A DNA stretch of 64,000 nt, from positions 27,509 to 91,508 of IMG/VR virus record IMGVR_UViG_3300036886_000243. One strand, given 5' to 3'. The notes under the pieces were generated by a model. That model did no database searches, had not been told where the DNA came from, and was given only the letters and a program-made list of their open reading frames with translations. Of the stretch, positions 45,731-54,792 are shown one piece after another (the stretch's first letter is position 1; each line of letters begins with the position of its first letter). Position numbers and translations under genes: made by a program. The stretch comes from a virus.

Positions 45731-46408
45731 TTGCCAGTGGACAGTAAACAAAGACTCGACGAGCTTATAACTCAAACTCTTTATGAACAAGATCCTGAAG
45801 AAGAGGAAGATGATACTGACACGTCTGACAAGGACGCTAAAAATAAAGAAAAAGATAAAGATGTAGATAAGAAAGAATTAAGTAGTGTGGATAAGAAAGA
45901 CTTAGATGACGAAGAAGGTAATGAGACTGATGACGATGAAGAAATAGTAGCTGCTATAAAATTTGACGATAATAAAGAAGAAGGTGGCCAGATAAGGTTA
46001 TTGAACGCCGAAAAACTTAGCTCAATGACTTCTATTGAAAATATTCTAAAGTTATTCAAAATAGACCCAGAAAACGTACCACAAGGATTTAAAGACAAAA
46101 TGGAAATCACAATCAATTCTCCGTTGAGTGATTTCAAAGACGATGAATATAAAATACTACTGATGGACAAGATCGGACAAATATCAATTAAGCGCCCAGA
46201 CTTTAAAACAACAATCACTAAAAAATCAAAAGGCAATCTAGGACAAGAAGTACAAAACCAAATAGGTGGCGGTGAAGAAGTTCCAGGGGCGGAAGGCGCA
46301 GAAGAAAAACCGGCTGAAGAAGTAGATCTTAGTTATCTACCTGAGCTGGACACAGAATTCGCTAGAGCTGTAAAGGCTGAATTCTTTGATAGAATCCTCC
46401 AGCGATAA
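45731..46408 (+). CDS. acidic putative internal head protein (LDELITQTLYE)
   Basis: GGAGG RBS, TTG start. Confidence 0.7.
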   Translation: MPVDSKQRLDELITQTLYEQDPEEEEDDTDTSDKDAKNKEKDKDVDKKELSSVDKKDLDDEEGNETDDDEEIVAAIKFDDNKEEGGQIRLLNAEKLSSMTSIENILKLFKIDPENVPQGFKDKMEITINSPLSDFKDDEYKILLMDKIGQISIKRPDFKTTITKKSKGNLGQEVQNQIGGGEEVPGAEGAEEKPAEEVDLSYLPELDTEFARAVKAEFFDRILQR

Positions 46409-47189
46409 TGAAATAACGCCTGTCCCTAAGAACTATTACTTCATAGAATCACAGATTTCACCACTTATATTAGACTGGCAAAAATTTTACAGAAAACAAA
46501 AAGACGTTGAAGAATATATCAAAAATGAGAAAAGTACAGACCCAGAAGTTGGGTATTACGAACTAACCATCAAACAAAGAGGCGACTTGCAATTCGAGTT
46601 GCAAGAATCGATTAGATTAGCCAAGCCGTTGTTAGAAACAATAATGACGGAGACTTACAAAATAATAAAAGGCGTCATCTTTAGAGCTGAGTTTCATAAG
46701 AGAGAAAAGTATAATATATGTTTTCAAATAGCTGTTGAGGCCTGCATTAAAGCCTTACCAAGATTTGATCCAGCACAAGGTACTGCATTTAATTACCTAT
46801 CGCTAACTGCAAAAAAATCAATCATATACTATCTCATAAAAAGGGCAAAGAAAAAGCATTTGTCGTTGGACTACGAGTATCTAGACGATGACAATTTGAA
46901 GCTAGAAAACATATTGAAACAAGATGAAAAGTCTATCCGCAATTTAGAAATAGAAAACTTGAGCGATTCAATATTCAATTTAATAGAAGAGAAAAGCGAA
47001 TTTAGAGGCTTAGCTGGCGTCAATAAGGAATTACGAAATTTCTTATTTTATACTCGTGGTAAATATGAAAAGAAAGAATTCTTTAAATGGTGTAGGTCGC
47101 AGGGCTATTCTTCTAACTTACTAAGGAAGTTTATTAAATTCTTGAAGGAGAACAAGGGCGAACTTTACAAAGAAGTTGGTGTGTATTGA
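46386..47189 (+). CDS. sigma-70 region-2 protein, T4 gp55-like late sigma factor
   Basis: AVEACIKALPRFDPAQGTAFNYLSLTAKKSIIYYL. Confidence 0.75.
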   Translation: MIESSSDNEITPVPKNYYFIESQISPLILDWQKFYRKQKDVEEYIKNEKSTDPEVGYYELTIKQRGDLQFELQESIRLAKPLLETIMTETYKIIKGVIFRAEFHKREKYNICFQIAVEACIKALPRFDPAQGTAFNYLSLTAKKSIIYYLIKRAKKKHLSLDYEYLDDDNLKLENILKQDEKSIRNLEIENLSDSIFNLIEEKSEFRGLAGVNKELRNFLFYTRGKYEKKEFFKWCRSQGYSSNLLRKFIKFLKENKGELYKEVGVY

Positions 47190-47190
47190 T

Positions 47191-47197
47191 AAGATAA
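47191..47197 (+). promoter_or_regulatory. AAGATAA putative late promoter
   Basis: Intergenic; GAGGG RBS. Confidence 0.6.
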
Positions 47198-47215
47198 TCA
47201 AAAGAGGGATTTGTA

Positions 47216-48034
47216 ATGAAACTAGACGAGGCAATGGAATTAGACGAAGTAAAAGGCAAAGGTGGATTCGATTATCGCTTTTGGTACTGGGCTAAAAAAG
47301 GTACATCTTCGTATGGCTTAGGTTATGCTAGACAATCAGTAGATGTAGATTTGACAAGAGCCAGTCATGATGCAGAAGAAGCTATAAAAAATATTGCTCA
47401 AGCATCAGATGCTTTAGATAAACTTAGCCCAGAAGAACAAAAGAAACAACATCCCATAGTAGAGAAGAAGCACCTTGAGAATGTGAAAAGGTTAAAAACA
47501 ATGGTAGACCAATTCGGTTCACCAATTGTAATCCATTGGCTAAGTAGTATTCCCACTGAAAAGGCGGGTGATGAACTAAGAGAACCCACTGGCGAACGAC
47601 CTACAATAGCGACAGTACCGTTAAGACGCAAAGATGATGTCACAGATTATTCAGGCCAAGATCTGAATTTTGCCTTACTTTATAGACAATCCAATACTAA
47701 AAAAGTTATTGAAATGAACGTTAAGTGGAACGCTATCAAAATAAATGATGCCGCTGGAGATACACAGAATACCCTAATTGCTAAATTTGCCAAAGAAGTA
47801 ATTACAAAACACGGTAAAACACGCGAGGCTACATATGGTCGTGCCACGGCTATACCCGACATAATGAAAACATTACATTTTAAGGATGAAGCCTCCGGTA
47901 CAGAAATTAAACCCTTTAGTACAGCAGATTACAAATTTATTGAAGGTGTAGGTTCAGAAATTGGTAAATTACGCGATGTAATCAAAGGTAAGTTCCCACA
48001 AATATTAAAGAGAGTCCGAGCGATATTTACATAA
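47216..48034 (+). CDS. putative internal head protein (MKLDEAMELDE)
   Basis: Capsid-targeting-like N-terminus. Confidence 0.7.
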   Translation: MKLDEAMELDEVKGKGGFDYRFWYWAKKGTSSYGLGYARQSVDVDLTRASHDAEEAIKNIAQASDALDKLSPEEQKKQHPIVEKKHLENVKRLKTMVDQFGSPIVIHWLSSIPTEKAGDELREPTGERPTIATVPLRRKDDVTDYSGQDLNFALLYRQSNTKKVIEMNVKWNAIKINDAAGDTQNTLIAKFAKEVITKHGKTREATYGRATAIPDIMKTLHFKDEASGTEIKPFSTADYKFIEGVGSEIGKLRDVIKGKFPQILKRVRAIFT

Positions 48035-48054
48035 AATTTTTCAAAGGAGTTAAT

Positions 48055-48348
48055 ATGGTTAACGAAATTAAGGCAGATTTTGAGTATGCTGCTAAGGTGG
48101 GTCATAATAAATTAGGCAACGAAGAAAAAAGAGAACGTTTAAATAGCTTCCCAGCTCAAAATGATAAATTGAGTTTACATGATAAGGCCTTACAAGAAAG
48201 AGTATTGGCCAGGGTAAAGCTACCTAATGTCGTTTGGGATAACTTGATAAAGGATTTAAAGAATAAAGAAACCAAAGCGACAATTTGTAGCACGTACCGT
48301 ATAAAACCGGCAGATCTAAAACAGATACGTAGGTGGCTCGGTTATTAA
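48055..48348 (+). CDS. small HTH-like protein
   Basis: TKATICSTYRIKPADLKQIRR. Confidence 0.6.
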   Translation: MVNEIKADFEYAAKVGHNKLGNEEKRERLNSFPAQNDKLSLHDKALQERVLARVKLPNVVWDNLIKDLKNKETKATICSTYRIKPADLKQIRRWLGY

Positions 48349-48363
48349 AAAGAGGTTTAAGAA

Positions 48364-49758
48364 ATGAATACTACAGAAACAGTTACTCTGACTACAGACT
48401 CTAACTATATACCTGTAAAATATCGCATTGTTGAAATGGTTCCAGCTGCTACAGCTGCCACAACTTATTGTACTCTTCAGGTTGTAGATTATGGTTGGGA
48501 CACAGAGGCGCACTGGAGAAATTATATAGGACATGCCATAACGTCGCAGAATCCTAGACCTACTGCCCCCAATGCATCAGTAAATTATTATCCTGGTGGC
48601 TATATTTATGGATTTGGGGGTGGAACTACAGCCGGCATACAAGGTACACTTGGAGTTCTTTCTGTAGCGCCATTAAGCACCGTAATAGAATATCCAATCA
48701 TAATTCATAAATACTTCGTGAATTATAATGACAATTTTTCAACTACCGGTACAGCCCCATATGATTCTAGTTTTTATGCTGGTGGCGATACTGTCACAGT
48801 CAAAGGAAACCTTGGTACAGGTGGGGCGGCGTATTCACGTACAGATATTAGCTTTGTTGGACTAGAAACTCTAACGCGGGCAGATATAAGTTTTTCAGCA
48901 ACTGACAATTCTATTAATACAGTTGGTGGTAGTTTCACAGCAGCTGGATTTGCAAACGGCCAAACAGGATTAACAGTTTCAGGCAGTTTATATAATAACT
49001 TCAATGCTTTTGCTGGCGCATCAATAGTTACAACTACAGCGACTAAACTTATAATCACTGGATACACAATAACAACTGAAGCGGCCACCGCCCAAGTTAC
49101 AGTTACTTCAGGCAATCAAATTGTTACAGCAGCTGGTAACTTCTTGACTGCCGGATTCGGTCCGGGTCAAACAGGATTAAAAATTACAGGTAGTGGATCT
49201 AACAATATTACTTCTGGCACAATAGTAACAGCTACTACACTAGTTCTGACATTAGATCCTAGCACTGTACTTGTAGATGAAATTGCTGGAGCCACTGATG
49301 TACTCAGTACTCCTCTAGTTGCACCAGGTTATACATTTGGTGGATGGAGTACTTCTACTGATTGGAAGAGAGGTACGTTAGGTGCCGAACCTACGGGCGG
49401 CAAGATTTATGCTCCTTCGGCTACATTTGCTATGCCACCCCAAGATTTAATTTTGTGGGCTGTTTGGAACCCAATATATACTTTGACCGTATTGGCATCT
49501 GCTAGCACATGGGGAAGTGTAACGCCAAATACACCAACTGTAGTTACATTCAACTCACCACAAGCTATTACAGCTACAGCAAACGTTGGATATCAATTTG
49601 TAAACTGGACAGTAGTTCGAACACCGGCTATGACTAACGATACACAATTTTCAACAGGTGTTATATTTGCAAATCAAACATCAGCAACTACAACAGTCAC
49701 ATTAACTGATTACGCATTAACTAATGTGACTATACAGGCAAACTTTACTAAGACTTAA
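48364..49758 (+). CDS. Ig-like virion decoration protein: InlB B-repeat with nested inserted domains plus bacterial repeat domain
   Basis: VNYNDN.STTGTAP.D...Y..GDTVTV.GN.G / GYTFGGWST...LWAVW halves split by insert; TATANVGYQFVNW...VTIQANF. Confidence 0.75.
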   Translation: MNTTETVTLTTDSNYIPVKYRIVEMVPAATAATTYCTLQVVDYGWDTEAHWRNYIGHAITSQNPRPTAPNASVNYYPGGYIYGFGGGTTAGIQGTLGVLSVAPLSTVIEYPIIIHKYFVNYNDNFSTTGTAPYDSSFYAGGDTVTVKGNLGTGGAAYSRTDISFVGLETLTRADISFSATDNSINTVGGSFTAAGFANGQTGLTVSGSLYNNFNAFAGASIVTTTATKLIITGYTITTEAATAQVTVTSGNQIVTAAGNFLTAGFGPGQTGLKITGSGSNNITSGTIVTATTLVLTLDPSTVLVDEIAGATDVLSTPLVAPGYTFGGWSTSTDWKRGTLGAEPTGGKIYAPSATFAMPPQDLILWAVWNPIYTLTVLASASTWGSVTPNTPTVVTFNSPQAITATANVGYQFVNWTVVRTPAMTNDTQFSTGVIFANQTSATTTVTLTDYALTNVTIQANFTKT

Positions 49759-49760
49759 AT

Positions 49761-50054
49761 ATGATAAATCTGAAGAAATTAGTAAGAGGGCAGATTTTAA
49801 AATCTGAGCAAGATGCTTTAAAAGGATATTATATAATCAAGGATTTACCTATAGTATTAGATCTTATTTGGGCTAGAAAAACTAATACTTTGTTTTTTGC
49901 AGATATGTCTATAAAGGAAACTGAAAAGGAATTTAAACAGGAAACTTATATAGCTGAAGACCAAGTATTAGCCCGAAAAGAAATAATTAGATTGGTATAT
50001 ACCGCTATGTCAGTTAAGCCGAGCGATATCGCAGAAGTATTTAAGAGTATATAA
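49761..50054 (+). CDS. C-terminal helix family protein (KEIIRLVY), LVRGQI start
   Basis: Motif somewhat further from C-terminus. Confidence 0.6.
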   Translation: MINLKKLVRGQILKSEQDALKGYYIIKDLPIVLDLIWARKTNTLFFADMSIKETEKEFKQETYIAEDQVLARKEIIRLVYTAMSVKPSDIAEVFKSI

Positions 50055-50057
50055 GAA

Positions 50058-50447
50058 ATGAGTGAAAATAACGAATTACAAGTTACCAAAAACGAAATAG
50101 CTAAATTAGACGAAACAGCTAAGCAGATAATAACTCAAAGTCAGGATGACCGTTTAAAGGCCGACGATTTATATAGCTACTATCAGGGTCTAATAGCTAA
50201 TGGGGATACAAAAGGTGAAACACGAATTGCTTTAGCCAAGTCGTTAGAGCTTAGAGAAATGAGTGTAGGCAACTTAATAGAAGTATTGAAGTTGAAAACA
50301 CGTCTAATGGAAAAGCAACTCTTATATGAAATAAAACGCCAGGACAATAGTAACATGAGTATAGGCAAACGTAATAGCGGATATGATACGACGAATATTA
50401 TAATGGACATAGACCATGAGGTAAACGCAGATGAGCAAAATACGTAG
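50058..50447 (+). CDS. putative terminase small subunit (gp16-like)
   Basis: Helical-hairpin pattern; size and position upstream of terminase large subunit. Confidence 0.4.
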   Translation: MSENNELQVTKNEIAKLDETAKQIITQSQDDRLKADDLYSYYQGLIANGDTKGETRIALAKSLELREMSVGNLIEVLKLKTRLMEKQLLYEIKRQDNSNMSIGKRNSGYDTTNIIMDIDHEVNADEQNT

Positions 50448-50877
50448 AGATGACGACAGTAGAAATTTTCTACGAAGTATGAAAGAAGAATGGAATCCAG
50501 ACAGAAGTCTGCCTTCCCAAAGTTACTCTTTTATTACTCCAGAACTTCCAAAAGATTTCATGGACGAATGTATGGAGATAGTAGAAAAACTAGATAAACG
50601 TCAAACTAAAACTGACGTAGTAAATTGGAAAGAGCGAGCTGAGATGGATGCTGTCACGAAAAGAAGTGGTAAATATTTAACGGTAGATGAAGATGAAACA
50701 TACACTGATGTAATGCCAACCAAAGAAGAAAGAGAAGCTAGAAAATCTAGTAAGAAGCCATCAGCAATTAACGAAGAAACAAGAAGACCAGCAGCACCCA
50801 AAGTTCAGGTGTCTAAACAAGAGCAAAATCTAATGGATTATTTAGGTGGCGTCATGGACCTCCTGGGAGACAAGTAA
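50431..50877 (+). CDS. hypothetical protein
   Basis: GAGG RBS. Confidence 0.7.
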   Translation: MSKIRRDDDSRNFLRSMKEEWNPDRSLPSQSYSFITPELPKDFMDECMEIVEKLDKRQTKTDVVNWKERAEMDAVTKRSGKYLTVDEDETYTDVMPTKEEREARKSSKKPSAINEETRRPAAPKVQVSKQEQNLMDYLGGVMDLLGDK

Positions 50878-51119
50878 TGAGCGTTAGAGGTAAAAACTTT
50901 TACAGTCAATTTGAAGATGAAATGGAAGCCATTGAGGGTATGTTTGTTAATACTGATGAAGATATTAGTAATCCTGCCACTGCTGATTTAGTAGCTAACT
51001 TTGAAAGACAAAAAGCTGTTTTAATGGCCAAGAAGACTAAGCTCACACAAGAGTTAGATGCTACTGATAAAGAAATACAAAAGATAGACGCACAGATTGG
51101 TTTGAAAAAGAGCACATGA
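50877..51119 (+). CDS. small coiled-coil protein
   Basis: TAATG-coupled. Confidence 0.65.
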   Translation: MSVRGKNFYSQFEDEMEAIEGMFVNTDEDISNPATADLVANFERQKAVLMAKKTKLTQELDATDKEIQKIDAQIGLKKST

Positions 51120-51541
51120 GCATGAGTAAATGGGATGAAGACGAATTTGACGATGAAGAGGAGCATTATAGAAAGAAGCGTGAACGTGTAGATAAAGAAC
51201 ATATAGAAAGAGAAAAAGAAAGAGAGCGAACTCTCAAAAGTCTCCATAAAGGCCAAGTGCTACAACACTCTGGTAGTTGGAACGTCACAAGCCCAGGCCA
51301 TCCCGCGCTAGACAGTTTTGTTGTATTTTTAATCATACGTTCTTTAGACGAAGATAATATATATGGCGCAATCATAGCCAAAGCATCAACTGGTAAAAAG
51401 TTCTTATACCCAGATGTGAAAGTTGGACGTGATGAAGATATCGAACTTAATTTTGCTAATGTGGGTGGCTCAATCTTTTGGCCCAAAGATATGAAAGACA
51501 CAAAAGATTTTCATAAAGTTGTAAGAACGGTATTTGAATAA
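51116..51541 (+). CDS. C-terminal helix family protein (HKVVRTVFE) with charged N-terminal extension
   Basis: LHKGQV start of SH3-like part. Confidence 0.7.
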   Translation: MSMSKWDEDEFDDEEEHYRKKRERVDKEHIEREKERERTLKSLHKGQVLQHSGSWNVTSPGHPALDSFVVFLIIRSLDEDNIYGAIIAKASTGKKFLYPDVKVGRDEDIELNFANVGGSIFWPKDMKDTKDFHKVVRTVFE

Positions 51542-51813
51542 TGAACCTTGAAGTTGGAAAACTTTACTATAATGACTTTAAAGAGTGTATAGTAAAAGTT
51601 ACTAGTAAAATTGAGAAGCCCGATGAAACTGGCGTAGATAAGCCATCCTCATATACGGCTACAGTTTTAATTGGCAATTTGACATTTGGCGAGCGCAATT
51701 TATTTTTTGCTGCTGATTCTAAGTTTGATAATCATTTAGAAGAAATCATAACACTGCTTGAGACTCGAAAAAAGAAAGTAATAAGATCTATTTGGAATAC
51801 TATTCATGGCTGA
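51541..51813 (+). CDS. C-terminal helix family protein (KKVIRSIW), LEVGKLY start
   Basis: Motif. Confidence 0.7.
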   Translation: MNLEVGKLYYNDFKECIVKVTSKIEKPDETGVDKPSSYTATVLIGNLTFGERNLFFAADSKFDNHLEEIITLLETRKKKVIRSIWNTIHG

Positions 51814-53698
51814 AGATAATAAGAAGCACGTCCTTCGACGACTACAAGAAAAAATAATCGAATTCAATTTGCCCATAACTGTCGATAAAATACCTTTATC
51901 TGGCGAGTATGTCAAAGTAAAATATAACGATGATACTGTAGATACCGTAGACTGGAAAGCAGAGTTTTATCTTTGTAAAAATTTCTTTGAATACTTTGCT
52001 GATCAATATGGTTATATTTTAGACCCTAAAAACAAAAGAGTCTTTGCTTTTAAATCACACAAGTTCCAAAGGGAATTGATAATTCCCACGATATTAAACA
52101 ATCTACACGTAATATTTAGAAAGTGCCGACAACAAGGCTTGAGTGTCATTTGTGGTATCTACGCTATATGGAAAGTAAATTTCAATATGGCCCAGGACGT
52201 AATGATAATTTCACGAACTGGTAAAGATGCACGAGACTTCAAAGCAAAGGCTATGGTAACCTACGATAGATTACCAGAGTTTTTGAAAACGAAAGCTACT
52301 CGCGATGGACAGAACATGTCCACACTAAAACTACTCAACCAATCTAAAATGGAAGTTAGAACAGCTGCCCAGGATTCAGGACGTGGTGTTACTGCTTCTT
52401 TATTGATACTTGATGAGTGTGCTTTCATGCAATACGCTGATGACATCTGGGGTTCAGCTTATCCTTCATTGTCTAACACTGGCGGTCAATGCTTTATAAT
52501 TTCCACTGCAAACGGAGTAGGAAACTTTTATCATCAAAAGTGGTTACAAGCTGAAAATGGCGAAAGTGATTTTGCAGCAGTATATGTACCATGGTGGAAG
52601 TACCCTGGTCGAGATAACGATTGGTCTGAATATATTAACGATCATCAACAAGACTACATAGAAAATGAATTAGGTACTATTTCTGTAGAACAATTAAAGA
52701 AAGACTTAGCCGAAGAAAAAGAAAATGTACCAGATGCTTATTGGAAAAGATTAGCAGATCTTTATGTCCAGAAAAAAGAAGAAGAAGCGTTAAACTATAA
52801 CGGCACAGGTAAAAAACCTTGGCTCAAGATTCAAAGAGATGAACTAGGACCCAGAAAATTTAATCAGGAAATTTTATCTAGATTCTTAGGATCAGGTAAT
52901 ACAGTAATAAGCATAGAAGCTCTTGAAAGAATAAACGAGCAGATAAGGGAACCAGTATTCACAGACAGCTTAGACGGACGTGAAACCATTAAAGGTTTGA
53001 ATGTTTTTCAGTCACCAGTAAATGATATAACTTATACAATGACCGTCGACGTTGCATCCGGATCTGGTAGCGACTATAGCACTTTTCAAATTTTTAGAGA
53101 TGATAGCTTAGAACAGGTAGTCGAATACAAACAGCAAATAGATAATAAATCATTTTCTGCAATAATAAAGAAAGTTGGTAAGCGTTACAATTTAGCCTAT
53201 GTAATAGTAGAAACTAACCAAGGTATGTCTGTCTTTAATGAATTATATCTAGATGTAAATGATCCTTATCAGAATATGCTATATGAGTTTAAGAATAGAT
53301 CTTATCGAGGTTTACATACTGGTCCAGCCAATAAGAAACTAATGCTTGATGAATTCATGATGAACATAGAAAACAACCATATTAAGATTTATGGTAAACG
53401 CACTTTAGAAGAAATGCAGGTTTACATTTGGCACAATAATAAGCCACAAGCTAGTACTGGTTATAACGATGACTTAGTATTGCCCATAATGTTCTTAGCC
53501 TATTTATTGAAGTACGGGGAACAAAGAATGACTACGCTTGGTTTTGCAACCGCTACACAAACAGTAGGCGTTCCTCAAGAGACCATGGCGGACGAACGCG
53601 TAGAAGAGATGAAATATTTCAAAGAAGAAGAGGCAAAGAGGGCAGTTAAAGATCTCTATGGCCTTGATTGGGAGACGTATAATTGGGTAAGCAAATAA
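51806..53698 (+). CDS. terL: terminase large subunit (T4 gp17-like)
   Basis: RKCRQQGLS Walker A, LLILDECAF Walker B, IISTANG, TVDVASGSGSDYS nuclease, GYNDDLV. Confidence 0.95.
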   Translation: MAEDNKKHVLRRLQEKIIEFNLPITVDKIPLSGEYVKVKYNDDTVDTVDWKAEFYLCKNFFEYFADQYGYILDPKNKRVFAFKSHKFQRELIIPTILNNLHVIFRKCRQQGLSVICGIYAIWKVNFNMAQDVMIISRTGKDARDFKAKAMVTYDRLPEFLKTKATRDGQNMSTLKLLNQSKMEVRTAAQDSGRGVTASLLILDECAFMQYADDIWGSAYPSLSNTGGQCFIISTANGVGNFYHQKWLQAENGESDFAAVYVPWWKYPGRDNDWSEYINDHQQDYIENELGTISVEQLKKDLAEEKENVPDAYWKRLADLYVQKKEEEALNYNGTGKKPWLKIQRDELGPRKFNQEILSRFLGSGNTVISIEALERINEQIREPVFTDSLDGRETIKGLNVFQSPVNDITYTMTVDVASGSGSDYSTFQIFRDDSLEQVVEYKQQIDNKSFSAIIKKVGKRYNLAYVIVETNQGMSVFNELYLDVNDPYQNMLYEFKNRSYRGLHTGPANKKLMLDEFMMNIENNHIKIYGKRTLEEMQVYIWHNNKPQASTGYNDDLVLPIMFLAYLLKYGEQRMTTLGFATATQTVGVPQETMADERVEEMKYFKEEEAKRAVKDLYGLDWETYNWVSK

Positions 53699-53895
53699 CA
53701 ATACCATCGGGCATTCCCAATCCCAACTACAACAACAAATTGGTTAAAGCTAATTTTCTATTACTACATGATCTGCTTAAAAACAAAGCATGGTTGGTCT
53801 TTCAGCAAGTAGTAAAAGAGGGTTACAAAAACGGATGGATCCGTGAAATTACTCCCGATCTATTTAAAGCTATTTTTAGTGGCGCTTATAAATGA
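53683..53895 (+). CDS. C-terminal helix family protein (PDLFKAIF)
   Basis: Motif. Confidence 0.6.
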   Translation: MGKQITIPSGIPNPNYNNKLVKANFLLLHDLLKNKAWLVFQQVVKEGYKNGWIREITPDLFKAIFSGAYK

Positions 53896-54137
53896 AAATC
53901 AATGTCAAAAACATTATAAGCGATTGGGAATACGAGATTCATAAGTGGAAGGGATTTGATATATCGCACAGTCCAAGACCGAAATGGGAATATAGTCTTA
54001 GTCGAGATGGTTATGAAGTTTTTGAATTTAGTCGGGGTGGGTATTTAACATTAGAAAGTATAGTCGAAAATCTTGAAAAAGCCTTAGATGAAGAGAAGAA
54101 CAAAATAGCAATGATCCGAGCTTGCTTCGAGAACTAA
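53892..54137 (+). CDS. C-terminal helix family protein (IAMIRACFE)
   Basis: Motif; ATGA-coupled. Confidence 0.65.
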   Translation: MKINVKNIISDWEYEIHKWKGFDISHSPRPKWEYSLSRDGYEVFEFSRGGYLTLESIVENLEKALDEEKNKIAMIRACFEN

Positions 54138-54148
54138 AGGTTTTAAAA

Positions 54149-54730
54149 ATGTCTAATTATTATTATGAACTACATAGAGAAGAAATATTGAAAAGCCGTA
54201 AAGTCTACTACGCAAAAAATAAGACAGCAAAATTAGAATATCAAAATGAATACATAAAACAACCGGACGTGATAATAAAACGTAAAGAATATATGAAGAA
54301 ACGTAGAAAAACGAAGTCCTATAAAGACAACCATTATATAAGCCATAAAAAATATAGACAGACTGATAGTTATAAAGTTCATCTTGAAGCTCGAAATAAA
54401 AAATACAGCCAAGACCCAAAATTTAGATTGAATCATAGTATGAGTGTTGCAATAGGTGATGCTCTGACCAAGAATAAAAATGGTAGACATTGGGAAGATT
54501 TAGTGGGCTACAAGATGCCTGAACTAAAACAGCATTTAGAAAATTTATGGTCATCAGGGATGTCTTGGAATAATTATGGTAAAAACGGTTGGGTCATAGA
54601 TCACATTATACCCAGAAAGTTATGGGAGTATAAATCATCTAACGACATTGAATTCAAGCAATGTTGGTGCTTAGCCAATTTACAGCCATTATGGGAAATA
54701 GACAACATAAAGAAAGGTGATGCCTGTTAA
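54149..54730 (+). CDS. HNH-type endonuclease
   Basis: GMSWNNYG..GWVIDHIIP...NLQPLW..DN..KG. Confidence 0.8.
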   Translation: MSNYYYELHREEILKSRKVYYAKNKTAKLEYQNEYIKQPDVIIKRKEYMKKRRKTKSYKDNHYISHKKYRQTDSYKVHLEARNKKYSQDPKFRLNHSMSVAIGDALTKNKNGRHWEDLVGYKMPELKQHLENLWSSGMSWNNYGKNGWVIDHIIPRKLWEYKSSNDIEFKQCWCLANLQPLWEIDNIKKGDAC

Positions 54731-54748
54731 TTTCGATATAAAAACAGT

Positions 54749-54755
54749 AAGATAA
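54749..54755 (+). promoter_or_regulatory. AAGATAA putative late promoter
   Basis: Intergenic, heads the operon leading to the portal. Confidence 0.6.
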
Positions 54756-54792
54756 CTTAAAGTTGAATACTGAACAGAATAGGAGAACGAAT

